This document shows positions 34,610 through 43,989 of a stretch of DNA of 64,000 nt, in pieces; position 1 is the stretch's first letter; each line of letters begins with the position of its first letter. The stretch comes from Dehalococcoidia bacterium (GTDB taxonomy: Bacteria > Chloroflexota > Dehalococcoidia > Bin125): assembly GCA_963555985.3 (NCBI GenBank), contig OY820591.1, positions 1,280,001 to 1,344,000 of the forward strand, in the 5' to 3' direction. Made by a program: the position numbers and the translations under genes. The notes beneath the pieces are model-generated. The model was not told the origin of the DNA. It worked only from the letters and a program-made list of their open reading frames with translations, and ran no database searches.

Positions 34610-35413
34610 CTAGCGACCGTGGAACTCGTCGAGGGTCGCTCGCAAGCCGCGCTCGCGGATACTCCGGTTCGTCTCCAGGACAGGATCCGAAAAGTGCGCA
34701 ATCGCGTCGATTTCGACACCGGCGGCGAGCGCCTCTCGAAAGCCCTGTACTTCTTGCGTCCGGTTGATCGCTTTCTTCTGCAAGACCAGGATCTCCTTCG
34801 GTGTACGCGCGGTTCGCTCTACATAATCTTCGACCCAATCATCGAGCGCTTCGGGCGGAAGGGCGCGATTGAAGAGACCGATCTCCGCGGCTTCACGACC
34901 CGAAATCACACTCCCGACCGGGAAGAAGAACTCCTTCGCCCGTTTCGCTCCAACCTGCCAGGCCCAGAACGAAGCCACAAAGCCGGCGCCGAGGGGCAAC
35001 TGCGGAGCGCCCACTCGTGCATCCTCGGCCGCAACCGTCACATCGCAGATCGTCGCCAACTGGGTGCCCCCGGCGAGGCAATGTCCGTGGACTTTAGCCA
35101 CGACTGGAAGCCGTAAGTCCCAGATCCGCAGCCAATTGCGGAGCAACTCTTCGAGGCCGTCGCGGTCGCGCGCGATCACGGATGCCTGCGTCGCCGCGAC
35201 ACCACCGGCGCCGGTCAGGTCGTAGCCGGCGCTGAACGCCCGTCCCGCGCCCGAGACGAGCGCGACGTGAACGGCGGCGTCGCGTTCCGCTTCGACCAGC
35301 GCTTCCAGCAGTTCACGCTGCAACTGACGCGAAATCGCATTCAGCTTCTCGGGCCGATTCAGCGTGACCCGCCCGATTCTGCCGCTGCGCTCATAGACAA
35401 TCGTCTCAGCCAT
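34610..35413 (-). CDS. Enoyl-CoA hydratase/isomerase (crotonase) family protein
   Basis: TLNRPEKLNA, GRAFSAGYDL and VHGHCLAGG; start MAETIVYE. Confidence 0.88.
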   Translation of the reverse strand: MAETIVYERSGRIGRVTLNRPEKLNAISRQLQRELLEALVEAERDAAVHVALVSGAGRAFSAGYDLTGAGGVAATQASVIARDRDGLEELLRNWLRIWDLRLPVVAKVHGHCLAGGTQLATICDVTVAAEDARVGAPQLPLGAGFVASFWAWQVGAKRAKEFFFPVGSVISGREAAEIGLFNRALPPEALDDWVEDYVERTARTPKEILVLQKKAINRTQEVQGFREALAAGVEIDAIAHFSDPVLETNRSIRERGLRATLDEFHGR

Positions 35414-35587
35414 GACTTCCTCTGTTCTCCCCGATCGAGCCGTCGTGGGCGCGCCGCCCGCAATCTGGCTGCTCGCGCGCTGGCGTTGATCTGTCAACTC
35501 CCGCTCAACACAGGTTATGACTTGGCTCTTACTGAGCTCATGTTCTATCGTCATCAAGACGCACCCATATTCGGCTCGGAGGTTCCG

Positions 35588-35863
35588 ATGTTCATTTCGC
35601 TCACCCTGATCGCGCTCGCTGCCCTCATCTGGCTGGTCTGGGAGTGGCGTTCCGGCGCGTTGGTCAAGGATTGCCGCGTCGCCAAGTCCTACCCAATCGA
35701 AGACCGGCGCGTCACTCCAGCTCTCAGCTCGCCCGCCGCCCACCGGGTCGACTCTCGCCTAGTACCGGTCACCCGACGCGCAGCCACCGCTCCGCCGTCG
35801 CCGCTACCCGTACCCCAGCGCCAAGGGCTTGTCCTGCGCACGTCCAACCGCGACGCCGCATGA
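35588..35863 (+). CDS. Small protein with N-terminal TM helix (91 aa)
   Basis: RBS GGAGGT before ATG 35588; MFISLTLIALAALIWLVWEW followed by a basic, Pro-rich tail. Confidence 0.55.
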   Translation: MFISLTLIALAALIWLVWEWRSGALVKDCRVAKSYPIEDRRVTPALSSPAAHRVDSRLVPVTRRAATAPPSPLPVPQRQGLVLRTSNRDAA

Positions 35864-35925
35864 TCCCGATCGACTGTGTTTGCGCGCTGCCCGCGAACGC
35901 CTAGACTGCGCGCGCGGAGCAACTG

Positions 35926-36648
35926 ATGACCACCCACGACCAAACCCGATCCTCACGACCCGATCCGCGCAATCTGCTTGAGCAGGTGGCGCTGTTTCGC
36001 AACATGCCCAGGCCGATGCTGACCAAGCTCAGCTCGTTCTTACGCACGGTCACCTACAAGGCGCACACGGACATCTTCCACGCCGGCGACCAGGGCGCGA
36101 CGATGTACATCGTGCTTACCGGAGCAGTCAAAGTCTTCGTTCCGGCGATTGACGGCCGCGAGGTGGTGCTCGCCGTGCATCGCGGCGGCGATCTCCTCGG
36201 CGAGATGTCGCTGCTTGACGACGAACCGCGTTCCGCCTCGGCCACCACGATCGAAGAAACGGAGATGTTCAGCCTGCGTCGCGCCGACTTCCTCAAGGTG
36301 TTGAGCGAGCATCCAGAGGCGCAGCGCGCGATCATCGAAGTCCTGGTCGAACGCTTGCGCGCCACCAACCAGTCCATCCAGGACGCCTACCTGCTGGACG
36401 TGCCGGGCCGGCTCGCTCGCCGCCTCTTGCTGATTGCGCGGGAACATGGCGTGCAGACCGATCAGGGAGTCGAACTCGGGCTGCGTGTCTCGCAGCAAGA
36501 GTTGGCCAACATGATCGGCGCAAGCCGCGTCGCCGTGAACAAGCAGCTCCAGGCTTGGCGCCAGCAGAACATCGTCGACGTCAACCGTCAGCGAGTCACG
36601 ATCCTCAATGAAGCCGCGTTGGAGCGCGAGTTCACGCTCTCGCCCTGA
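35926..36648 (+). CDS. Crp/Fnr family transcriptional regulator (cNMP-binding)
   Basis: GEMSLLDDEPRSASA cNMP pocket and SQQELANMIGASRVAVNK HTH. Confidence 0.93.
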   Translation: MTTHDQTRSSRPDPRNLLEQVALFRNMPRPMLTKLSSFLRTVTYKAHTDIFHAGDQGATMYIVLTGAVKVFVPAIDGREVVLAVHRGGDLLGEMSLLDDEPRSASATTIEETEMFSLRRADFLKVLSEHPEAQRAIIEVLVERLRATNQSIQDAYLLDVPGRLARRLLLIAREHGVQTDQGVELGLRVSQQELANMIGASRVAVNKQLQAWRQQNIVDVNRQRVTILNEAALEREFTLSP

Positions 36649-36705
36649 TCGCTCTGCCTACCTTCCCGCTTCCGAGCACATGCCATCGCTCACGAAAGGT
36701 GCCCC

Positions 36706-37413
36706 ATGCCCTCCCCCTTGACCGACGAACAGCTTGCCGAGCTGAGCGCCTGGCCCTCTCCGGCCATCGCCAATGCGATTGAGACCTTCAACGTGCGCAG
36801 CCGCGCCACCGGTTTCATGACCCCGGATATCGTCTGCCGCTTCCCCGACATGGACCCGATCGTCGGCTACGCCGCCACCTGCAAAATTCGCGCCACAATC
36901 CCCCCGGGCGACGACCCGGAAACACAGTCCGCCCCAGACTGGTGGGAGCACATCGAGTCGATTCCCGAACCCCGAATCATCGTCATCCAGGACCTCGATC
37001 AGCCCCCGATCGGCTCCTTTTGGGGCGAGGTCAACGGCAATATCCATAAGGCGCTCGGCGCGATCGGACTGATCACCGACGGCGGTGTGCGCGACCTGGA
37101 TGAGGTCGAGGAAATCGGCTTCCAGTTCCTCGCCAAAGAGATCCTGGTCTCGCACGCTTACGTGCATATCGTCGAAATCGGCCAGCCCGTCACCGTGGGC
37201 GGCATCACCGTCCACCCGGGCGATCTGCTCCACGCCGACAAGCATGGCGCGATTCACATCCCTCACGACATTGCCCCGGACGTGGCCGCTGCTGCTCAGG
37301 CAGTCGAAGATCGCGAGCGCGTGATCATTAACTACGCCAAGTCCGACGACTTTACCCGCCAAGGCTTGCTCAACGTGATGCAAGGCCGCGCGCCCTATGC
37401 CGACCAGGAGTAA
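36706..37413 (+). CDS. RraA-family protein (HMG/CHA aldolase-like)
   Basis: WGEVN, TDGGVRDLDE and PGDLLHADKHG. Confidence 0.85.
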   Translation: MPSPLTDEQLAELSAWPSPAIANAIETFNVRSRATGFMTPDIVCRFPDMDPIVGYAATCKIRATIPPGDDPETQSAPDWWEHIESIPEPRIIVIQDLDQPPIGSFWGEVNGNIHKALGAIGLITDGGVRDLDEVEEIGFQFLAKEILVSHAYVHIVEIGQPVTVGGITVHPGDLLHADKHGAIHIPHDIAPDVAAAAQAVEDRERVIINYAKSDDFTRQGLLNVMQGRAPYADQE

Positions 37414-37494
37414 CGCTCGATTTCAGACTCCCCAGATCGGCAGTCGGACGCGCCGCCCGCAACCAGTACGCTGCTGCGCCGTCGCGAAGCGGGC

Positions 37495-38736
37495 ATGTTC
37501 GCCCCCTTCGCCTCACGCGACTTTCGTGTCCTCTGGATGGCGATCTTCCTGCGTTCCGGCGCGCTTTGGCTCGATCAGGTCGCACGCCCGGTCCTGATCG
37601 CCGAACTCACCGGTTCAGCCCTGCTCCTCGGCGCAGTCCTCGCCGCTCGCATGGCCCCCAATTTGATCCTTGGCCTCTTCGCTGGCGCGATCGTCGACCG
37701 CTACCCACGCCGCACGATCCTCTTCCTCTCCCAAGCCGGCAACGTCGTTGCGACCGGTTTGGTCTTCCTGCTGCTGCTGCTTGACCTGGTGGAACCCTGG
37801 CACATCATCGCCTTGGCCGCACTGGCGGGAGTCAACATCGCCTTCTTCCAGCCCGCACGCCAGGCGATTCTCCCCGTCATCGTGCCCGCCGGCGCGCTCC
37901 GACCGGCCGTCGCCCTCTCCCAGACTGCCAACACCGTCATGCGCATCGGCGGCGCGCTGCTCGCCGGCCTGCTCCTCGAATTCGCCGACTTCACCATCAT
38001 CTACGGCGTCATGACCGGCATCTACGTCGGCGCAGCATTCTGCACAGCGCTACTTCGCGCAGACAGCGGACCCACGCGCGCGGCGCGGCGCGCAGCCGGA
38101 TCGCTCCTGCGGCAGACCGCCGATGGAGTGCGCTGGGCGCTCGCCGAACGCTGGCCGCTCGCTGTAGTCGCCGTCTCCGCGCTGATGTTCATCTTCCTCT
38201 CGCCCTATCAGGGCGTCTTCATTCCGCTCATGGTGATCGACGTGCTCGCAGAGCGGTCCGCCTGGGTCGGATATCTGATCGCGGTCGGCGGCGCGGGAGC
38301 CGCAGCCGGCTCCCTGGGTCTCGCTGCGTTGCGGACATTGCCGGCCCCGGGGAGGTTCATGGCGGGACTATTGATCGCAGCAGGGATCTCCTTGGCTGTC
38401 ATGTCGGAGGCGCCGCATCTGGCCGTGCTAGCGCCTTGCATCTTCCTGGCCGCCGCCTGTAGTACGAACGTGATGTCGTTGGCAAACCTCACCCTGCTCG
38501 CGCAAGTACCCGAGGGCATGGCCGGACGCGCGCTGAGTTTCATGAGTCTGGCTCGCGGCATGATCCCGCTCGGCGCACTCTTCGCGGGAGCGCTCGCCGA
38601 CCTCCTCGGCGCCCGCAGCGGGCTACTGGCGATGGGTGCGTTCGTGGCTGGGTTCGCCGCGCTCGCGCTAGTGACCCCTCTGGCCCGCGCAGTCACCGCC
38701 GACCGCGATTCACAACCACAGGAGGCTAGGAACTGA
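37495..38736 (+). CDS. MFS transporter (12 TM)
   Basis: RDFRVLW start, GAIVDRYPRR motif A and many TM segments. Confidence 0.88.
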   Translation: MFAPFASRDFRVLWMAIFLRSGALWLDQVARPVLIAELTGSALLLGAVLAARMAPNLILGLFAGAIVDRYPRRTILFLSQAGNVVATGLVFLLLLLDLVEPWHIIALAALAGVNIAFFQPARQAILPVIVPAGALRPAVALSQTANTVMRIGGALLAGLLLEFADFTIIYGVMTGIYVGAAFCTALLRADSGPTRAARRAAGSLLRQTADGVRWALAERWPLAVVAVSALMFIFLSPYQGVFIPLMVIDVLAERSAWVGYLIAVGGAGAAAGSLGLAALRTLPAPGRFMAGLLIAAGISLAVMSEAPHLAVLAPCIFLAAACSTNVMSLANLTLLAQVPEGMAGRALSFMSLARGMIPLGALFAGALADLLGARSGLLAMGAFVAGFAALALVTPLARAVTADRDSQPQEARN

Positions 38737-38889
38737 GGATTCGCAAGTTCCACGAAGCGCGTGGGGCGAATGTCGCAGTCTCCGCTCGGTTAGCGTGCAG
38801 CGGGAACACCCCCTGGCGTTGGGTAGGAAACGACCGGATCGGCGTGAACCGGATTCCAGACGCGCTCTCAACCTGGCGAACGCGGACAC

Positions 38890-39217
38890 TCGCGCCTTTG
38901 TTCATCGAGACTTTCGCATCCTCCGGCTTGCAATCTTCCTGCGCTCCGGCTCGCTCTGGCTCGAGCAGGTTGCCCGCCCGGTATTGATGCTTGAACTGAC
39001 CGACTCCGCCTTGCTGCTCGGGGCGGCGCTCGCCGCCTGGATAGGGCCGAATTCGATTCTCCCGCGCTTCGACCTGCTCACAATGGGCAGCTGCCTGATC
39101 GCAGGCGCGCTCGTCGCCTGGACGATTCACCGAATGCGCTGGTGGCTCTGGCGGCGTCGCACCTGCGACGAAGCATCCGCCGAAGCTTGGCTGCGCGGCG
39201 AAGATATCAGCGGCTAA
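38890..39217 (+). pseudogene. Internally deleted paralog remnant of the adjacent MFS gene
   Basis: AFVHRDFRILRLAIFLRSGSLWLEQVARPVLMLELTDSALLLGAALAAWIGPN matches the N-terminus of 37495..38736, then jumps to LLTMG..., which resembles the last TM. Confidence 0.7.
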
Positions 39218-40386
39218 CCGCAACCATTCTCAGGCCGCGTGCTGGGCCAGCTTCCCGCAGTCGCACTACGTTTGAGCGTCTTCCCGTCACGCTCCAGCGT
39301 GATCTCCACGCGCTCCCCCGGCAGTATCTGTTTCAACGCCTCAGTCAGTGCGCTCAGTGACTCGACCGTGTGACCGTTCAACAGCGTGATGTGATCGCCC
39401 TCGCGCAGTCCTGCTTGGTTGGCTGTCGACTGGCAGATGACATCGATCACGAACAAGCCCCCATCTCGCTGTTCGACGAAGAGACCGAGATAGCCGCGTT
39501 GCACGTCGCGTCCCTCGATCATGATCGGCAGCGATCGGCTCAACGTCTCGACGCTGACGGCGAAACCGATGCCCGCCGACGACTGGTCGGGGCTCTGGAT
39601 CTGGGTTGGAATCCCAATCAGGCGCCCGCGACCGTCAACGAGCATCCCGCCCGAGTTGCCGGGATTCAGCGCCGCGTCGGTCTGGATCGTCCCGCGCAGC
39701 GGCTCCCAGGTCGCTGTGCCGCTGGGACGTGTGCGCCCGAGCCCTGAGACGATCCCGACCGTCAGCGTGTCCGGCAGTCCGAAGGGCGCGCCAAGCGCGC
39801 CGACCGGGTCTCCGACCCGAAGATCGCTGAGGTCGCCGAACTCCGGGAGCGCGATCGTCATGCCCTCGGGTTCGATCTTGAGTAGGGCGAGATCATTGCC
39901 GACGTCTTTGGCAATCAACTCTGCTTCGAATGTGTCGTTGGTGTGTGTGTACACAACCAGCTCGAGCGCGCCGGCGACGACGTGCAAGTTGGTGATGATG
40001 TGCCCCTCAACGCTGACGAAGAACCCGGAACCGCCGCCGCTCTCTGTCCTGATCGAGACCAGCGACGGGATCGTCTGGTCGTACACGGCGGTCCAATTCA
40101 CAGAAGAGCGCGTGAGCTCCTCCGCCTCCGACGCTGGACCCACCACCGGAGCGTCCGATGCCACCTGCTGGATCGAGGCTGGAGCATTGAGGGCAATCGT
40201 GCTTGCCGCTGCCGCGTCGGCAGGCATCGTGGCTGACTGACGCTGCTCCCCGCCCGTGAGCATGAATGCGGCCGCGGTGATCGCCGCGCTGACCACTGCC
40301 GCAGCAAACATGAGGAGCACAGTGGAGCGTTTATTCACGACTACCCCTGTTCGTTCTCGTGCCGCAACGATATCTCTTATGTGCAT
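39214..40386 (-). CDS. HtrA-like (S1C) serine protease with PDZ domain and N-terminal anchor
   Basis: GSGFF, TNLHVV, DLALLK and IQTDAALNPGNSGG, plus a C-terminal PDZ. Start may lie slightly downstream. Confidence 0.92.
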   Translation of the reverse strand: MHIRDIVAARERTGVVVNKRSTVLLMFAAAVVSAAITAAAFMLTGGEQRQSATMPADAAAASTIALNAPASIQQVASDAPVVGPASEAEELTRSSVNWTAVYDQTIPSLVSIRTESGGGSGFFVSVEGHIITNLHVVAGALELVVYTHTNDTFEAELIAKDVGNDLALLKIEPEGMTIALPEFGDLSDLRVGDPVGALGAPFGLPDTLTVGIVSGLGRTRPSGTATWEPLRGTIQTDAALNPGNSGGMLVDGRGRLIGIPTQIQSPDQSSAGIGFAVSVETLSRSLPIMIEGRDVQRGYLGLFVEQRDGGLFVIDVICQSTANQAGLREGDHITLLNGHTVESLSALTEALKQILPGERVEITLERDGKTLKRSATAGSWPSTRPENGCG

Positions 40387-40403
40387 GTGCTCAAGTGGGC
40401 AGC

Positions 40404-41357
40404 CTATTCGATCCCGGCCGTTACTTCTATCAGGACATCGACGCGCCCCTCTGGCAGCAGCGCAAGCCGCCGAAACGCCGCCTCGGACAAATCCACGTGA
40501 TTGAGGCCAAGATCACCACCGGTGTCCTGAACGATCACATCGACAAACCGTTCCCCCCGCCAGATCCGTAGCCGCGTTCCGCAGGGCCACGTATTGGCCG
40601 CGGCGATGTTCGGATCGGAAGGGTCGTAGCGATCGTGCGGCGGACAGAACATCACTCCGCCCGCCAGCGACGGGTGGTAGTAGGTGATCACACCTGGTAC
40701 GACCCGCGCAGCGAAGTCGGCGGGCGCGATCCCCGAGGCCGGATTCCAACGCGCGCCTGCAATCCGCATTCGCAGCCAGATTGCGTCGCCCGGATGCAGA
40801 ACAGCGAACAACTGCTGAGCCGATTGCCCCGGCGTATAGGCCAGCCACTCGCCCAACTCCGAGTTCCAGCGCCGCGCCTCCGCCACCGGCCCCAGAGGGT
40901 CTTCACCGAACGCCGTCCAGACCGGTTGACGTAATCCCGACCAGCCCACGAACGACCAACCGACCGGCAACTCAACCGCCTCGGGCAAGCCGTTCGGCGC
41001 GAACGGCTGCGACCATTCAGCCGCCCGTTCCAGCTGCATCCACACAGGCTGTCCGTGCCGAAGCACGCCGATCGTGTCGATCGGCGTATTCGGCGCATAG
41101 GAGATCCAGCTGCGAGAGCCAACCTCCCAGCTGTGCGCGGCGATCAGGGGCAGTCCCGCGAATGCGGCTGCGGGCGGAAGCTCGGGCCCGCACCAGGTGG
41201 CGGCATTCCAACCAGCCGCGAGCGAAATCGAGCGCGTTTCACGACCTCCGGCGGAGGGGAATCCGCCCGCAGCCGCAGCCAGCAGACCAGCGCCGCCGGC
41301 GACACCCCGCAAGAACGCCCGCCGCGTGAACCTTCGCCGGGCGGCTCGCCGACTCAT
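40404..41357 (-). CDS. Tat-exported protein with two Trp-rich modules and a C-terminal RlpA-like double-psi beta-barrel domain
   Basis: TRRAFL twin-arginine signal; ITYY...IAAA...PCGTRLRI...VIVQDTG...VDLSEAAFRRL. Confidence 0.78.
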   Translation of the reverse strand: MSRRAARRRFTRRAFLRGVAGGAGLLAAAAGGFPSAGGRETRSISLAAGWNAATWCGPELPPAAAFAGLPLIAAHSWEVGSRSWISYAPNTPIDTIGVLRHGQPVWMQLERAAEWSQPFAPNGLPEAVELPVGWSFVGWSGLRQPVWTAFGEDPLGPVAEARRWNSELGEWLAYTPGQSAQQLFAVLHPGDAIWLRMRIAGARWNPASGIAPADFAARVVPGVITYYHPSLAGGVMFCPPHDRYDPSDPNIAAANTWPCGTRLRIWRGERFVDVIVQDTGGDLGLNHVDLSEAAFRRLALLPEGRVDVLIEVTAGIE

Positions 41358-42367
41358 GTACTTGTCCCGCGCCGGGCTCGCCAGGCTCGCCAGGCGTACA
41401 TCGCCACTGAGGTCGCTACCGCAACATTGAGACTGTCAATCTGTCCGTAGATCGGAAGCTCCAACTGCAAACTCGCAGCCTCTAGCAATTCTTTCGGCAG
41501 TCCGTCCCCCTCATTGCCGGCGACGATCAGCGGACGCTCAGGCCACTCCGCCTCCCACACAATCCGTGCCTCAGGTCCCTGCTGGAGCGCAACAATCTCG
41601 TACCCCTCCTCGACCGCGCGGGCAACACACGCCTCGGCGCTCTCCAGGATCTCAATCGGCAGCCACCAATCCGTCCCTTTCGTCGAGGGTCGGTAGTAGA
41701 AATCCCGCCCGACGATCCAGAGCGCCTCCGCACCCGCCGCCTCCGCGCTGCGAACCAGCGTGCCCAGGTTGACCCCATAGGAGAAGTTGAACGCAGCCAC
41801 GGCAAAAGAGCGCGCCCGCTCACCAGGCGCGTCGCGGTGAGGCAACCCAAACGGCCGAACAGAGGAGAGCGAGCGATCTGCCAGCGGGTCAGGTTCGCGG
41901 GTTGCAATCTGCGCCAACGCACGCTCTGCCCGCTTGCGGATCGCAGCATCAGGATCGCGCGTGAGCCGCTCAAGCAGTTCGGCCGCAGGAGCGCCAATCG
42001 CCGCCAACGCAACGCAGACCGCCCGCCGAGACTGGCGTTCCCCATCCGCGAGCACAGGTCCCAGCTGGCGGCAAACCTCCTCCGGATCCAGCCGCGGCAG
42101 CAGCGTCATCGAGCGTCGCCGCATCCGCTTGTTGCTCGAAAGCAGAGCAGGCAACAGCGCCGCGACGGCTTCGTCGGCGGGCGCAAGCTGAAGCGCAATC
42201 CGAGCCTCACCACGCGGAAAGCCATGCTTGGCATTCAGCGCCAACGTCACCGCCCGCCCAACCCAGCCCGGCTCGCGAGCCTCCGCATCGGCGCGCATCG
42301 CCATGCCCGTGTCGTAGGCTTCCCGATCTTCGGGGGAGAGGTTTGGGAGACCGGCCTTCTCGCGCAT
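41354..42367 (-). CDS. HEAT-repeat plus SpoU/TrmH-family RNA methyltransferase fusion
   Basis: NLGTLVRSAEAAG, GNEGDGL and LPIYGQIDSLNVAVA SPOUT motifs; N-terminal helical repeats (e.g. DPDAAIRKRAERAL). Confidence 0.82.
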   Translation of the reverse strand: MREKAGLPNLSPEDREAYDTGMAMRADAEAREPGWVGRAVTLALNAKHGFPRGEARIALQLAPADEAVAALLPALLSSNKRMRRRSMTLLPRLDPEEVCRQLGPVLADGERQSRRAVCVALAAIGAPAAELLERLTRDPDAAIRKRAERALAQIATREPDPLADRSLSSVRPFGLPHRDAPGERARSFAVAAFNFSYGVNLGTLVRSAEAAGAEALWIVGRDFYYRPSTKGTDWWLPIEILESAEACVARAVEEGYEIVALQQGPEARIVWEAEWPERPLIVAGNEGDGLPKELLEAASLQLELPIYGQIDSLNVAVATSVAMYAWRAWRARRGTST

Positions 42368-42467
42368 ATCGAAATTGTGGCGCGTTACGCTGCCACTGTC
42401 GAAAACGAACCCACATCGGCTTCTCTGTCCGGCTTGGCCGACCCATTCGCCCCATGATTCCACGCTC

Positions 42468-42842
42468 ATGACCACCCGCGACATCGAGATCGACGCCGAA
42501 CCCATTGACGCCTTCGAGGCTGTCCAGGAAATCCTCGAACGCGCAGTCACCGAGGGCGCGTTCAGAGTCGTCCTCGACGAAGCGCCGCGCCACTACGCGA
42601 TCGAATGGTCGACACGAATGGCGGGAGCTCGCTACGACTTTCGGATCGAGCGGAGCGGCGGACATCGCTCGCGGCTGGAGGCGCAGCTCGAGTTCACGGG
42701 AATGATGAGGTCGCTGCTCACCTTGATCCGAGGCGCCGGCAACGGACCTCACCTCGAACAGATCATTGGCGACATCAAGGCGTTGGCCGAGTCGGAAGAG
42801 TTCTATGAGGATGATGAAGATGAAGAGCAGGCCGAGGATTAA
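42468..42842 (+). CDS. Hypothetical SRPBCC/START-like protein with acidic tail
   Basis: IEIDAEPIDAFEAV start and C-terminal helix IKALAES resemble SRPBCC proteins. Confidence 0.6.
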   Translation: MTTRDIEIDAEPIDAFEAVQEILERAVTEGAFRVVLDEAPRHYAIEWSTRMAGARYDFRIERSGGHRSRLEAQLEFTGMMRSLLTLIRGAGNGPHLEQIIGDIKALAESEEFYEDDEDEEQAED

Positions 42843-42963
42843 CGCCTCGCCTGCGCTCAAACGTGCTATCGTCGAAGCAAGTCGCTAGACGAAAGGTGCC
42901 CGCCGATGCTCTGTGCCCATTCCCTCGAACGCTCGCAAATCTCCTCCCCTATTCGCCAGGCAA

Positions 42964-43091
42964 AGCTGAACATTCCTGAACGGTCTTCAGCGTCCGCAAT
43001 CACGAAAACCCTGTAAAACACGGGAGAAAGCGTTCCTTTTTTTCTCACCAACTCGAAAAAAGAAATTTCTCCCTGAACACCTGAACACCCT
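42964..43091. repeat. Dispersed CTGAAC-repeat element, copy 2
   Basis: AGCTGAACATTCCTGAACG ... AAATTTCTCCCTGAACACCTGAACACCCT; matches 10448-10576. Confidence 0.8.
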
Positions 43092-43134
43092 CACATATCA
43101 TCGTCCCATGTGCCGATCCTGACAGGAGATACCC

Positions 43135-43956
43135 ATGCAGCTGAGCGGACTGGAAGACAAAGTCGCCGTCGTCACCGGCGCAGGGCGGATGCGCAGCATC
43201 GGTCGCCCGATCGCAGTCGAACTGGCCAAGCAAGGCTGCGACGTGGTCCTGACCGGGACCGGACGCGCCCCGGAGCACTATCCCGACGACGAGAAAGCGG
43301 CGGGTTGGCGCGATATCGATTCGGTCGCGGATGAGGTGCGCGAGGTCGGGCGACGCCCGCTCCCCCTTGTCAGTGATGTCGCCGACTACGGCGCGGTCGA
43401 AGACCTGCTCCAGACCACGCTGGACGAATTCGGGCGGGTCGACTTCATCATCAACAACGCCGGCGCGGCTCGAGGCTCCGACCGCGTGCCGGTCGTAGAC
43501 CTGGATCCTGATCTCTGGCGAGTGGTACTGGACGTGAACCTCAACGGAGCCTTCTACATGAGCCAGGTTTTCGGACGGAAGTTAATCGAGCAGGGCGAAG
43601 GCGGCGCGATCATCAACATCTCCTCAATCGCGGGCAAGATGCTCGGCCCAAATACGGCTGCCTATGCCGCCTCGAAGGCCGGATTGCAGGCGCTCACGGC
43701 CTCAATGGCGCAGGAGATCGGCAAACACGGCGTGCGCGTCAACGCGATCTGCCCCGGCATCATTGACACCTCGCGCATGGACGACATGGGCCGCGGTGAG
43801 TTCTGGCAGCGCGCCATCGACACCCGCATTCCCATGGGCCGCGCGGGTGAAGGCGAGGACATCGCCTACATCACGGCGTTCCTCTGCTCGCAGCAGGGCG
43901 AGTGGATCACCGGTCAGTCCTACAATGTGGACGGCGGGACTTGTGTCCAGCACTAA
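43135..43956 (+). CDS. SDR family oxidoreductase
   Basis: VTGAG...IG, NNAG, YAASK and NAICPG; RBS AGGAGA. Confidence 0.93.
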   Translation: MQLSGLEDKVAVVTGAGRMRSIGRPIAVELAKQGCDVVLTGTGRAPEHYPDDEKAAGWRDIDSVADEVREVGRRPLPLVSDVADYGAVEDLLQTTLDEFGRVDFIINNAGAARGSDRVPVVDLDPDLWRVVLDVNLNGAFYMSQVFGRKLIEQGEGGAIINISSIAGKMLGPNTAAYAASKAGLQALTASMAQEIGKHGVRVNAICPGIIDTSRMDDMGRGEFWQRAIDTRIPMGRAGEGEDIAYITAFLCSQQGEWITGQSYNVDGGTCVQH

Positions 43957-43989
43957 CCCATCCAACCGCACGACCTGAAAGGGTTGAAC

